This document shows positions 49,772 to 62,500 of a stretch of DNA of 64,000 bases, piece by piece; within the stretch, counting starts at the first letter, position 1, and each line of letters begins with the position of its first letter. The translations under genes were made by a program, and so were the position numbers. Origin of the DNA: Fimicolochytrium jonesii (taxonomy: Eukaryota); NCBI RefSeq assembly GCF_025526975.1, contig NW_026515674.1, positions 434,001 to 498,000 on the forward strand, in the 5' to 3' direction. The notes under the pieces were generated by a model. It searched no databases, was not told the origin of the DNA, and worked only from the letters and a program-made list of their open reading frames with translations.

Positions 49772-51254
49772 ATGAACACCGCAGGCAGGCAACTATTTGT
49801 TGGAAACGTGAGGATTCCGCAGCTTCTACCTCAGCCACCCATCAATAAATCGACTAAGTCGCTTGTCTGCTTGCTCTTCTAGTTGCCATTCATTGTAGGA
49901 TGGCAAGATCTTAAGGACCTCTTCCGTGACGCCGGTAACGTCGTGCGAGCGGACGTCGTGCTCGGGCCAGCGGGACGGTCTCGAGGATTCGGAACGGTTA
50001 CTTTCTCGACCCCGGAGGAGGCCCAAACCGCCATCTCGCTGTTCAACGGTCGGGAGTGGCACAACCGCAACATTGAGGTTCGTGAGGACCGCAACGCCGG
50101 GAAGGTATATGGTGGCCGCCCCCCAATCGGGCAAAGTGGCTCGATTGCCATCGGGAATGCACCGATCCTGAACAGAGATTCGCAAGAGGGTATGTGCCCA
50201 TCTTGGATTGCACCTCTAGTGGACAATCCTGGATGCTGAATGTTTACCCGCTTTCTTAGCCCCCATCGTCAACATCCGCGCTCTGTACGTTGGCAACATC
50301 CCCTACACTGCTGCTTGGCAGGATCTGAAGGAGCTGTTCAACGAAGCTGGACAAGTCTTCCGCGCCGAGGTTGCTACCGACGAGCGAGGCAGGTCGAGAG
50401 GTTACGGAACTCTCCTGATGGCCAGCGTTGAAGATGCACAAAAGGCCGTCGACTTGTTCAATGGTTATGAATGGAAGGGGCGTCGTATTGATGTTCGCGA
50501 AGACCGCTCCTACTCTGAGGGTCCCCGTGCCGTCAACAACGCCGGCAACAACAACGGTCCGTCGGCCGCCGCGAAATTCGTCAACGCTGGTGTTAACGGA
50601 AGCGCCAGCGAGGCCAATGGTGCGGTCGGAACTACATTCGCGAACGCCGCCCCAACTAGCACTGCGGGCCGCCAGCTGTTTGTCGGAAACTTGCCGTTCA
50701 CCGTGCAATGGCAAGAATTGAAGGACTTGTTCCGGGAGGTTGGAAACGTCTTGAGGGCCGATGTTACGGTCGACAACCAGGGCCGGAGCAGAGGTTATGG
50801 ACAAATCGTCATGTCCACCGTTGAGGATGCCCAAGCTGCTATCGACACACTGAACGGCCGCGACATCAACGGAAGGGCAATTGAAGTACGCGAAGACAAA
50901 TTCGCGGCCGAAAATAACGGAAACTTGGCTGGCACACAGGTCTTCGTTGGAAACGTAAGTGGATCATTCGTTTATGGTCGAGTTGTTGTCTGGTTGGATG
51001 CCAATTCTTTGTTTCTTTTCCTCCCAAAGTTGCCTTACTCTCTCCGATGGCAAGACGTGAAGGACATCTTCCGTCCCCACGGCCTCAATCCCGTCCACGC
51101 CGATGTTCTCGTGGAGCACAACACTGGTCGATCAAAAGGATGCGGTGTGGTTAGGTTCCAATCTCCCGAAGAGGCAGAGCGCGCGGTAAACGAAGTCAAC
51201 GGCGAACTCGTTAGCGGAAGGAACATCGTTGTGAGGCTCGACAAGTTCGCTTGA
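49772..51254 (+). CDS. Four-RRM RNA-binding protein, Gbp2/Hrb1/hnRNP M-like
   Basis: Four repeats of (L/V)(F/Y)VGN(L/I)P....WQ.(L/V)K..F with RS(R/K)G.G and V(R)EDR/K motifs. Confidence 0.88.
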
Positions 51255-51679
51255 TCGACTCGCACTGGTTTTGGACTCGTCCTGGTGGCTAAACGGAAAC
51301 ACATACATAGACGTCTAGTCTTCATTGGCATATTCGGCCTGGGAAGAATGTCGTACGTCACTTCAACAACCTCGCCTTGCTACGACGAGTGCCCAGCGGC
51401 CGTCTCCACACTTGTTTGATTCACTTTTCCTGAGGAAGCGCATGTCTCCTCCATCTGTCTTTGTATTAATATTCGTATTGTGATCTGTCATAATCTGCGT
51501 GCTGAAAGAACTTGACGACGTGTCATGCATGACAAAAGGTGAAGAGACTTCGGAGTACTCCGTCGCGTCCCGATATTGCTCTGAAATGGAGGTGTCCGAG
51601 CGTAGGATTTCGCTTCACTCTCTCAGTCGTATCACCTCCCTGCGGCCAAAACGGTTGATAGACTGTCTTATTAAGCGGC

Positions 51680-53349
51680 ATGGCAACACTCTACAGTCGT
51701 CCTGTCCTACATGCATCGCGAGTAAGGATATGCGCCGGTGCGAAAACTCCGCACTTCACCGTTGGTCCTCGACCAATGTGTGTCATTGCGACTCCTGCGA
51801 ACATATGCACTCGCCGAGCTTATAGCGCCCGTCTCAGCTCAGGTACACCAGAGGAGGAAGAGAAGTAACGCATATAGTCAACGCAGTGCTAATCTCGTTT
51901 TTGTCCACTCAGACCGGTCTGGGCGGAGATCAGTACGACGACTGCCACCGGCGCCTCGGAAAGGCGGCGATGGCGAGGACATACCCCCCGCAGCAAACAA
52001 TCCCGAAAGTGTCGCCGTGACCCCAACGATAGCTTCCGTCGTACCGGTTCGAATCGGACCATCACCCCCAGATGCCGCCCTGTCAACAACTTCAAAGTCC
52101 TATGCCCTGCTCTCCAACCCGGCGCTCGTTGTTACGAGGCAGATAGAGCTCCTGAACGTTATTATTGGGTTCGAGCAGGGTAACAAGTACAAAGTCACGG
52201 ATTCAAATGGGAAAGATGTGGGGTTTATTGCGGAGGAGGAGACGTCGTTTGGGGGCACCATAAGCAGGCAGCTTTTGAGGACTCGACGTCCATTTAAGGC
52301 GATTGTGACGGATATGCAGGGGAATGTCGTATTGAAGGTACGGGATTTACCGCATTCGCTTGAAGATTTGCTTATGCTCATTGTGATTGACATGTTTGAT
52401 AGGTGGAGCGACCAATGAAATGGCTCCTAAACAGTACGATCACTATCACCGATGAGAATGATAACCACATCGGGGAGGTCAAACGTGAGTGTCAGGTGGA
52501 TGCCCTCCAAATGGGTTCTGCTGTTCGGATTTCTGAGTTTCCCGACTTTCTTTTCATGTCCAGAGGTCTGGCACCCATGGCGGAGGAAGTACGATCTGTT
52601 CCTCAAACAGAAGCAGGTGGCATACATCGATGAGGGCTTTCTGGCCTGGGACTTCCAAATTCGAGCGGCGGATGGCTCTGTCATGGCAGCCGTGAATAGG
52701 AACTTCTCCGGATTCGCTCGTGAGGTGCGCAGAAAGCTTTGCGGATGACCGGTTACTTCAGACGTCAGGCTGACGAAAGTCGTTTGGATGGGCAGATCTT
52801 CACGGACACGGGTGCTTATGCTATTCATATGGATGATGCGACGCACACACACGACGGCCTATCTCTAGATGTTCGTGCGCTGTTACTCTCATGCGCCATC
52901 AATATCGACATCGATTACTTCAGCAGGCATTCAGGACATGGGTAAGACGCTCCATCTTCTGGTCCTTACCTAGCATCAACGCATCCTAACGATCTTCCTC
53001 GTCGCATTGCAGAGCGGGGTTCATGCCTATTCCTATGTTCGGCGGCTATGGCAACTCCGAGTCGGGAAACCAGTCAAACGCCCCTGTACCTAGCAATATG
53101 CCAGATAGTGGAGCCGTAGCGGGTGGAGTCGGGAGCGGCGTATTCGGTTCCGTGATGGGCGGCGGTTCCAGTGGCGCAGCAAATCCTGGAGCCGACTCGG
53201 CCGGATCAATGCCCCCACCACCACCACCAGTTGCGCCGCAAGATGGCGACACCAATCAGTGGGGCGAGAGTCCTTGGGTGTCGGACGAGGATTCGGGAGT
53301 CTCCAGTAACGTTGGGGACATTTTTAGGGGATTTTTCGATGATGATTGA
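51680..53349 (+). CDS. Phospholipid scramblase family protein (Aim25-like) with mitochondrial presequence
   Basis: LVVTRQIELLNVIIGFEQGNKY, RQLLRTRRPF, WHPWRRKYDLF, FLAWDF, FARE|IFTDTGAY, LDVRALLL..IDIDYFSRHS. Confidence 0.9.
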
Positions 53350-53599
53350 TCATGTCTGCCCCTCGTCTGCTTCAAGCTTCATTCTTCAAGTTTCCACATT
53401 TTGCATAGTTCCACAGAGATAGGGTAGTTACGTAGTGATGTGGCCGAGGTGGTGGTGCCAGTTCATGTGTATTGGCGTTGTTAAAAGTTCAAGCATTTCA
53501 TATGATACACCAAAGATACAGATCAGATAGTACATAATTGGAATCAACAAGAAGCGCCTCCATGCATGCACCGCGAAGAAGTACAATGTTGGCTGTGAA

Positions 53600-56500
53600 T
53601 CACTCGGGAATGCTATGCTCCATCTCATCGGTACGCCTCCGTCGCCTTCCACTGCTTTCCTTAGTGGAAGATTTGTGGCGTCTGCTACTGCTACTGCTGC
53701 TTTTGTGAGACGAAGAATGTTTGCGCCGATCATTATCCTCATTCTCATCCCCCGCAGAGGTTTCATGGCCCAGCTTTTCCGACGCATTGTCTACCTCCGA
53801 TTCCCGCTCCGAACGACTCTCACGGTGCCGATGTCGGCGCCGTTCTCCTGAGCGCGACCGATGACGATGACCGCGTCTTCCCGCTGAATCGTCAATCGAC
53901 TCGGTGGGTTTAAGTACGCCGTCCTTGTCAGGTAGACGGTGCCCCGTGGGATCAGTACTGAGCCTTGGTTCCACGTCTGCATCGTCGTGATCACGTTTTC
54001 GTTTCTCCGAACGATGGCTGCTTTCCTTCTCACTCCGGTGAGAGCGGTGCTTACTGCTGCGCCTGCGTTCGGAGGATGAGGATCTCTTTTTCTTGTCTGC
54101 GTGCGACGGTGAGCTGCCGGAATGACATTCGACCCGTTCATCAGCGAGATCGCCTTCAAGGCGGCGTTTGCCAGTGGTCGATGCCAGGTGACCACTCTCC
54201 GTGCGATCACCGCCATCCCGGTGGTGTGCGTAATCACCCAGTCGTGTCGTTCCGGTGGGGGTGCCTTCCCTACTGTATGCGGGGTTCCTGCTGGAAGGGA
54301 AGGCATCGGGGTAGGACCTCCGCTCATCGTACGCCCACCGGGCAACCCCTTGCTCGTGAAACTCGTCATGCCTCACAGGGTAGCCATCCGGTCGATGATA
54401 GGGCATGTCTTTCGATCCCACTCCAGTATGACCATAGCCGCCACGTGCAGTCTCCCAGTGCGCTTCATCGTGATAGCGATGTCGCACGGCATCGTACTCA
54501 TCCCGGATGCCATCATATCCCGAGTCTCTATGCTTGTAGGTTGTAGAGCCGGGCCTCTGCTGGAACTCGTGGCTGTATGGAAATCGCGAGTCAAATGGCC
54601 TCTCATATTGATGTCCAGCACGCCCGTGATGTCGGTCCATCTCGGCATCGTACTTTGCGACAAAAGGTTCTTTCCCTGGTAGGCGGCTAGCATACTTGTA
54701 CTCGGACTCGTAACGCGCGCCAGGACGGTCATAAGACGTATCCGGCTCGGGAAAGTACCGCTCATCCAAGTGACCATATCGATATCGAGAATCGTTTCGC
54801 CATTCATTCGAGCGAAGCGCCGGACGCTCGGAGGAACGGTTTCCATCACGTAAGAGGTGTTGACGGGAATGGTCAATGAAATTACTTGGTGGAGGTGTTC
54901 CCGGAGGAGGCGGAGGCGGTGCAGCATTGGGCCGTGCACTAACGTTGTGCCTCGCGGGTGGGTCCCCGCGTACCTCTGCTGGAAAACGCGACGGGCTGAT
55001 CGACAGGGTCAAAGTCTCTCGAGTCCGACGCCGGGAGGTGCGCGGTTTCGTTGTCGACTCATCACTGGAAGAGGTGATGGATATTGAGCAACTTCGAGAT
55101 CGAGAGCGCGAATGCGAGCGGGACCGTGGCGACCGAGAACGGGAGCGTGATCGGGACCTAGACCTAGACCTAGACCTTCGTCGGCTGCTATGCCGACCAG
55201 TGGCAAAGCGACCACCACCTCGGCCACGGCGTGGGCGCCCTTCATCCGGCTGAAAGCCTGCTCTCTTCATAAGCCTTGCTGCTGCCGCTTTCGCCGCAGC
55301 CAAAGCATCAGCAGCTGGGTTCCTGTTCCCAGTATTTATGCTTGTCATTGCTGCAAGAGTATCCTTCTCCAATGTGTGCTTTATGTCTAAATCTCTCCTC
55401 TGTTTTGACTTTTGTGCCTCGGCGTCTGCGGAGAGTGCGGAATCTGGATTGCCTGGTGAAAGAAGCATTCAGACCATGAACATGCATCCCAAGAAACGCA
55501 TCAGTGACATCCCGTACCTTTCGCAAGAGACGATGTGCTGTCCATGCTTCTGAGAGGAATATCCACAGGAATAAATCCTTTGTGTAAGCTCTCACGTGGT
55601 GGACCCTGGCCGGGTTTAGCCGCTGATTTCTCCGCCTTCTGCATTACGGATTCCCGTTCTTCGCCTTTTTTTTGCGGGGCGGAAGGCGTCTCTGCTGTGC
55701 GCGACTGCTTTGCGTCGAGCTATAGATTGCGAGAGCATGATTAGCCACGTTGCAAATGTGACCCAGTGAGCGCAAACTTTGCAATCACCCTGCTCCCACA
55801 CACCAACTCAAGCGCTACATAGCAGAGGCACCATTCTGATCAGAGATTATGCAGCGATATCCAAGCCAACCGGGACTCACCTCCTTCCTGCCATTGCTGG
55901 CTTCAGCGTGTGGCTTTTGCGACGGTATCCCCTTGTCAGGACTTTTGTTTCCGTTAACAGAAGCCACGGCGGGCTGCGTATTCAGCTTCGTCGGCTCATT
56001 TGTGTGGGAAGAGGGAGGAACAACGGGTGCAACATCGGTGGTAGCGACGTCCACTGGTCCACCGACCAGGTTTGAGTTTTGCTGGACGACAGGAGACACG
56101 GCAGACGTCACTTTCTTCGCGGGTGCCGCCAGAATAATCTTCTTCTTCGGGGGCCCGCCCCGGCGGATGGAAGTCACTTTCTTGACGTCGGGTTTCGCCT
56201 CCGTCTCCTTTCCAAGGTTCTCAAAGGGATTGTGGATCTCCTTGGGTGCCGCTATTTTGAGACAGGGGGTCAGATTCTGCGGTAAGAGAAAGTCTATGTC
56301 TCAAGTTTTACCTAATGCTGCAGCATACGCATCGGTGTAGAAATTTTGCCCATAGGCCTGACTGGAAGCGTACTGATTATAGCCGGCGGCGTTCCCATAA
56401 TAAGCGGCATTAGGGTCATAGTATCCATAGGCGCCGGCGTATGCCGTATAGTCATACCCCTGATACTGAGATTGATCTCCTTGCGCTTGCACCGCGTCCG

Positions 56501-56868
56501 ACTCTGGAGCAGATGTCCCATTGTTCACTTCCGGAACATTCCCGGACGGATCTTGCTGAAGTTCAGCGGCTCCTGGTGCATCTGAAGTGACTGGGGTAAC
56601 CTCGGCTTGCTGAGCGTGCATCAGCCAATCTGCTAACAATTATAAGCCAAGAATTCTTCGAAAACACTGAGTCAAAGTCAAAGGAAGCCTTACCACTTCC
56701 CATTCCAGGTGGGGCATCTTCAAGGCCGTGGTTCTGAGGGTCAACCCCGGGTGGAGCTTCCACGCTTGAGTACTGATATCCACTCCAGTCCCCTGCGGCT
56801 CCTCCATAGTATGCCTGATCGTATGACGCCGCGTTCGCTGGGTCGGATTCGGCGCCGTTTTGATACAT
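53600..56868 (-). CDS. Low-complexity RS/Arg-His-rich nuclear protein of unknown family
   Basis: Tyr/Ala/Gln-rich N-terminal exons (YDQAYYG, APPGV), an RSRSRSRSRSRSRSPRSRSHSRSRSRS tract and a charged C-terminus; exons join in frame. Confidence 0.65.
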
Positions 56869-57884
56869 GGTGCAAATACGTGTAGCCTACGGTTGGAAGG
56901 CAAAAGGATGTGAACGTCAACACAAAAGTACGGAAAGGGGCAGCAATGGTGAGGTGATGGACGCTGGCGCGAAATCGAAGATCGCGGTGCTGAGCTCCAG
57001 GACATACCCGACAAACGTAGACGATATTGGGCCCTTCCGAGAGGGCTGAAAGCAGTGTATAGGACGCCCTAATCTATTCAAAGGAATGTGCCGAATTGGC
57101 TTTCGGGAGAGGGTAAAACCCGCCGCAGGGAAGTTGCTCCCAGGCAGAAGAACTTGCTGTGCTTCAAGTTCAAAGGAGGGAATTACTCCCTGGGAATCAG
57201 CTGGGAATTGGCTGGGAACTCTGGGAATGCTCAAATGTCGATTTGAAAAGCCACGTCTGCGCTTTCCGCGCCATGAGCCAACGTCCTTAACTCAGCCAGG
57301 CTCCAACTCTCGCAACCTTCACGCAACCTCAACCTCTTCAATCAGTAGAAGCAGTCCCTGTCTGAGACCAAGAATAAAGCGCTTTGCGGTGGTTGCGCGA
57401 TCATTAAAGAAACAAGACGTTCTTTTCGTCTGTGGGGGTAGCCCGTGGCGTTCAAACTGAGGGATTCAGGGAGGATATCCTTGCGGACCGTTTTCGGGGA
57501 TCACTGGCTTTGTTGCAGGATAAATACGAGGCCATGGGAAATGGAATAGTGCGAGGGAGGGTTTAAGACTGTATGCAATGACTCCAGTTGGAACCAAGTC
57601 GGTCGAAGCACTGGGACTCCCAGCGCTTGAGCCGCCATCAGCGAGGACAGGATGCTTCTGGAAGTGGCAGGATATTTCGGGCGTTACGCCCATCAGCAAA
57701 CAAAGGAACGATCGCCCAACTGCTAGTTACAAGTTGATGAGCAAGCGTTGCGAAGCATAGCCTCAACGATGCTGGCACTTGCGTGTCCTGCCTTTTCGTC
57801 AGTGTATTGATATTCGGGATCAATATAGATTCTTAGCTGATCTTCAAGGACAGCCCTGAAGCGGAGGTGGACCCAGGATAAGTC

Positions 57885-57916
57885 TTTCATCAAAGATGAA
57901 TTTCATCAAAGATGAA
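57885..57916. repeat. Perfect 16-bp tandem duplication of a self-complementary unit
   Basis: TTTCATCAAAGATGAA twice; each unit is TTCATC-AAA-GATGAA. Confidence 0.85.
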
Positions 57917-59593
57917 AGGGCAAAAAAACCCCGTTCGACTTGGCGACATTCTCAAGCGAAGCAAGCCTGCTGGACGAAATTCACCTCAAAGCATATCAAA
58001 TGATACACATCACGTCAACCTCTCGCCATCCTCGCTCTCAGGGAACAGGATGAATCGGTGGATTGCAGTTGAAGGCTCAGAGCTTGGGCGCCCCACACTT
58101 CGCCCTTTCGTGTGGAGCGGAGGACAGTCATTCAGGAAGTGCAGAAAACGGTCCGCCTCTGGCAACATTTCAAGCGAATAAGCCCGGGGTGGTGTAAGAT
58201 ACACATACGCGTTCCCTCTTACCGTCCGCCGCTGGAAGAGAACAAGAAGGACCAATGCTTTCACCCGTCTGACGCACATTTGAACTCTAGATGTTACTTT
58301 CGTAGTGCGTTACTCCCTCGCCCACACCCGAAAGGTTGACGCCTAACTTAGAACCGCCTAATCCACATGCATACGTATGTACATACCGTATATGGCGCGC
58401 ATGGAGTTCCGATCCGAATATCCGTTCTCCTCATTTATTGTATCCCGTAACGGTAGAGCCTCTTAAATTTTATCCCCCCCTGGGATTATTCGCCGTAATA
58501 TTATAGGATTTTTCGGTCCCAACCTTGGGACTTAAGGATAATATTATAACCTCTCTATTCTTCAATATTCTAGTTCTTAACAGTCCCATTCCTATATGCA
58601 TGGTCATGTTAACATTATATTTCATCAGTAAAGCACGAGTCACGAGCCTTTATCCGCTCGTAACCCTAAGTAGCTTGCAACCCTAGCCAAAACTGACACG
58701 GAAATCGACATTCCGTTCAATTATACCCTCGCTTATTATGTACTAGCTGCTATTGTTCGGCGAGGCAAAGGATGTAAAGATGTGCGGAAGGAAATGATTC
58801 CTCAACCTGTGCGTTCTGTTTTATTGATCAGATGCCGCTTCCTTCCGTGTGGGAGGTCCCCTTCATATAGGCTGAGGCCCTTCCCATGAAAGGGAAAGGA
58901 AATGCCAAGATACAAGAGAGAGAGCGAGAGAGAGCAGTGCCCTACCTCCGTTCAATCATAGGCTCGCTTAATGCATGATGCAACTTCGTTTGTTTGAGAC
59001 TTCGGGGGGTTTGATTTCGACAGGGATTTTCATCATGGCCGTGATTCATGCCGGATCTACGTTATGGTATTTTATGGCCGGTGAATCCAATGCTCCCAAG
59101 AACTGCACATGCAGCGTCACACCGAATGCCAACCGAATCCCAGCTCCGTGGGAACGTCTGAGCCGCGCGTCATTGCCCTTTTGGCCTTTTTGGCATTACC
59201 GCCATGATTGGCCATTTCCTGCCTCGTCGCTCACCTCAATTGTCAAGTTGCCATAAAAGAGCGTGACATATACCAGATATCAAAGTCGTTAATACCCTTC
59301 TTCGCAAGCAAGTCAGAAGAAACGTTGGCACTCCACGTTCGACGAAGAGCTTCTGCAGACTCGTCCCATTGCCCTTCGCGGAAGTCCTCGTCTTCGGTCA
59401 TAGTCAGCTAATGTCCCACCACGAACGAACGAAGGATCACGAGGAGACGGAGCCAGTTGTGAAAGATTGGGGGGCCGGGCCATGGAAGGGGAGGTATTAA
59501 TCGGGGCTCTATAAGTTCTACCTGCACGTCTGCGGATACTCCAAGGCTGACCTTGCTTCTCTCCTTTTGGGACGAAGCGTGGTGACGCACCTG

Positions 59594-62500
59594 ATGGCTG
59601 GCTTGATCGCTTTCGTCGACTGGTTTCTTCCCGAACGAGTCAAGAGGAAGAAGAGAGGCTATGGACACGAATACGAGACGATGAAGGCTCTGTTTCAGGC
59701 TAGGATATGTGGATTTTTCTTCCTCAGCTCCATGATCATTTTGGTAGGACGTTCGGGATGTCAGGGGCGGAATGATGGATGCGCGTGTGTACAGAGTGCT
59801 GTGAATGGTTTCATGAGGAGGAGGAGCGGACAGCGGCCGTGGAGGGGACTGTTTTTATGTGTTGCAGGCGTTTGGGGTCTCGGGCCTCACGATGCGATCT
59901 ACTTCCTTGTTTGCATCCAGGTGTTTTTCACCACGCGCGATGTCTGGTTAAAACAAACCGGCAGCGACGAAGGTACTTCCATTTCGATTTCTCATCACAT
60001 ATATCTTGTCAAACCCTTTACCCGTGGCCGTGGCTCAGACGCTGCTTTGACGTTAGGACTGAGTGTGCCGCTGAGCTGGATCAACGTAGGTCGATTTGTG
60101 ACCTGGCCGACATAACGGGACCACCTACGGTATTCCGCGGCCGTGATACTTACGAGAGATCTTTTTTACCAGTACATGGACGTGTTCACCTCGTTTGGAG
60201 CTTTGTTGTACGGAACTGCGCTAATGGTGATGCGCTACGATAAGGTAAGATTGAAAGGGCGGCTTGGGCCTGTTGACCTGGACATGACTATTGGGGTAGA
60301 ACGGGTGTGCGCGCATCTTGACTGAGTGGACTCTCGTCTCCTGGATTGCTGGATGGCATTAGGTTGAGGTCATAACCTGCATCAAAGTCGGCATTTTGTA
60401 TATGTTAGGTAGGACGACGAATCACCCACGTTACTCGTGACCGAATCATAGATTCTGATTCTGCTTTGCGGCTTTCTTTGATCCAGCTCTCTTCACATTC
60501 ATTTGCACCGTCACGGACGCCTTCTGGAAGTTGGGCCATTCCGGATTTCTGCTCGGACCACCTTTCGGGTACTTCCTCGGCGATAGGACGTTTGGAATTC
60601 GCGTTGGCTTCCTTACAGTGCTGATGTACGGCTGGAGCTTCTACTGGAGTTTGGGTATGGATACCGGCAGTCGATTCCGGTAGAGGGCTTCGTTCTGAAT
60701 CGATCGTTATTCGCGCGGCAGGACGGCAGCTTCCCCCATTAGAGTCCCATCAGGCGTTCTGGCTTATCGGCGACGTGTACGTGATAACCGGCGCCGTCTA
60801 CGTGCTTGGCTGCTTTGATCAGCTACTAGAGTGTCAGAAGCAGTTGCAAGACGACGTCGAGATTGAGAGGAAAGGAAATCAGGCAAAAACTAGGTAAGGC
60901 GTTGAAAGTTGTAATTATGCGCAACATGTCCATCGCTGAACTTGCTCTCATTTGCTTTGATGATACTTATGGGCAGGTTCATCTCTTCGATCTCCCATGA
61001 GTTGCGCACACCACTGCACGGTATCCTCGCAAACGTAGAACTGCTTAATGATCTGTGCACAACGCATTCGCAACGCACTCTGCTGGCTACAATCGAATGC
61101 TCAGGACAGAACCTGCTGGGAATCATCAACCAAGTTCTGGTGTACTCGAAAGCAGAAAGTGGGGCGAAACAGTGCCAGAACGTTTTTGAATTTGACCTTT
61201 TCACGCTGCTGGAGGAGGTTATCACAAGTCTAGCTCCGGTGGGATTTAAGAAAGGGTTGTCTGTGGGCTATTTCATTGACATATCGCCGGCGATGCGACG
61301 AGTCATCACGTCCGAAGGCTGTCTGAGGCAGATTCTGGTATGTTTGTACTAGTTTATTCTTCAGAAGCGCTCTGAATCTCTTCGTACCTTGATGCTAACA
61401 CTCTCGGTGCCTCGTTCCGCAAGGTCAACCTCCTAGGAAACAGTATAAAGTTCACAAATACGGGCTCTGTCGAACTCCTGGTTACCGACGAGGACGCAGC
61501 AACGGAAGAGAACCCGCTGAACGAAACTAAGACCAAGTCGATGCGAGTAAAGACTTGTTGCGATCTACCCAACCAGCTGCGGACGCCGAATGGGAAGGAA
61601 TGCTCTTCGTGCGATAACGTTGAGGAGGCGGCCCAAGAAAGCAGTTCTAGCGCCAGCAGTTGCGAGGCTTGCGCGACAGGCATGGTGAGGGAGATGTCAG
61701 AAAGCGAGATCACCCTCGAAAAGGCGGGGGTTTCCGACCTCCATGCTAGCAGTCGAGGGGAAGAGCCGCAAACTGATCGACAACACAAACGAAGAGTCAC
61801 ATTCACGATTGTTGACACCGGGTGTGGAATAGCGGAAGAATTTCTGGAGAAGATGTTCAGTCCCTTTGAACAAGAGTCAACGAGGAAGAATCGTCTGATA
61901 AAGGACGTAGAGGGGACCGGACTGGGTTTATCGATCGTGAAGACGCTCCTGGACGAGCTCGGCGCAGTTATCAAGGTGGACAGCACTGTCGGCCAAGGAA
62001 CGACTTTCAGAATCACCCTAGATTTGTTCTATCCGTCCGATACAGCCTGGTTAGATACAGCGGCACAACGGATCGACGGCGCTTTCTTCGAGGAGCCCCC
62101 GGAAAGCCGGGCGGAATTTGCCGAACGTCTCAACAACATGAAAGTCGCGTTATGGTCGACACATCGTGATGCGATCAGTGACGTGCGACTCGAAACGTAT
62201 CTGGCTCGCTGGAAGGTGCCATATAAGTACGTGGACGACCCCTGGCCATCACCCGATAAACTCACACCTGCGGAGAAAACCCGCTGGAACGACTTGTTCA
62301 AGTCCTTCGATATGGTAGTGGTTGACGATGTTGTAGATCAACTTAGATTTTTGGACGCCGTCATGGAGTCGAAGGATAACCCCGTGATTGTGTACACCAC
62401 AACACTCGCAAATTTCAGTGAAGCATGCGCTGCGGCAGCGCCGTGGGACGGAAAGGTTCGTTTTGCCCTGAAGCCCCTTGGACCCGTCAAGCTCCTTCCG

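Noticed and set aside
54122..55253. Long antisense and alternate-frame ORFs over GC-rich or low-complexity genes, here and throughout the window
   Set aside because: Shadow ORFs of real CDSs with no independent motifs.
56965..56974. E2F/SBF-like site TGGCGCGAAA about 100 bp upstream of the RS-rich gene
   Set aside because: Single occurrence of a short motif; several matches to the degenerate consensus are expected by chance in 64 kb.
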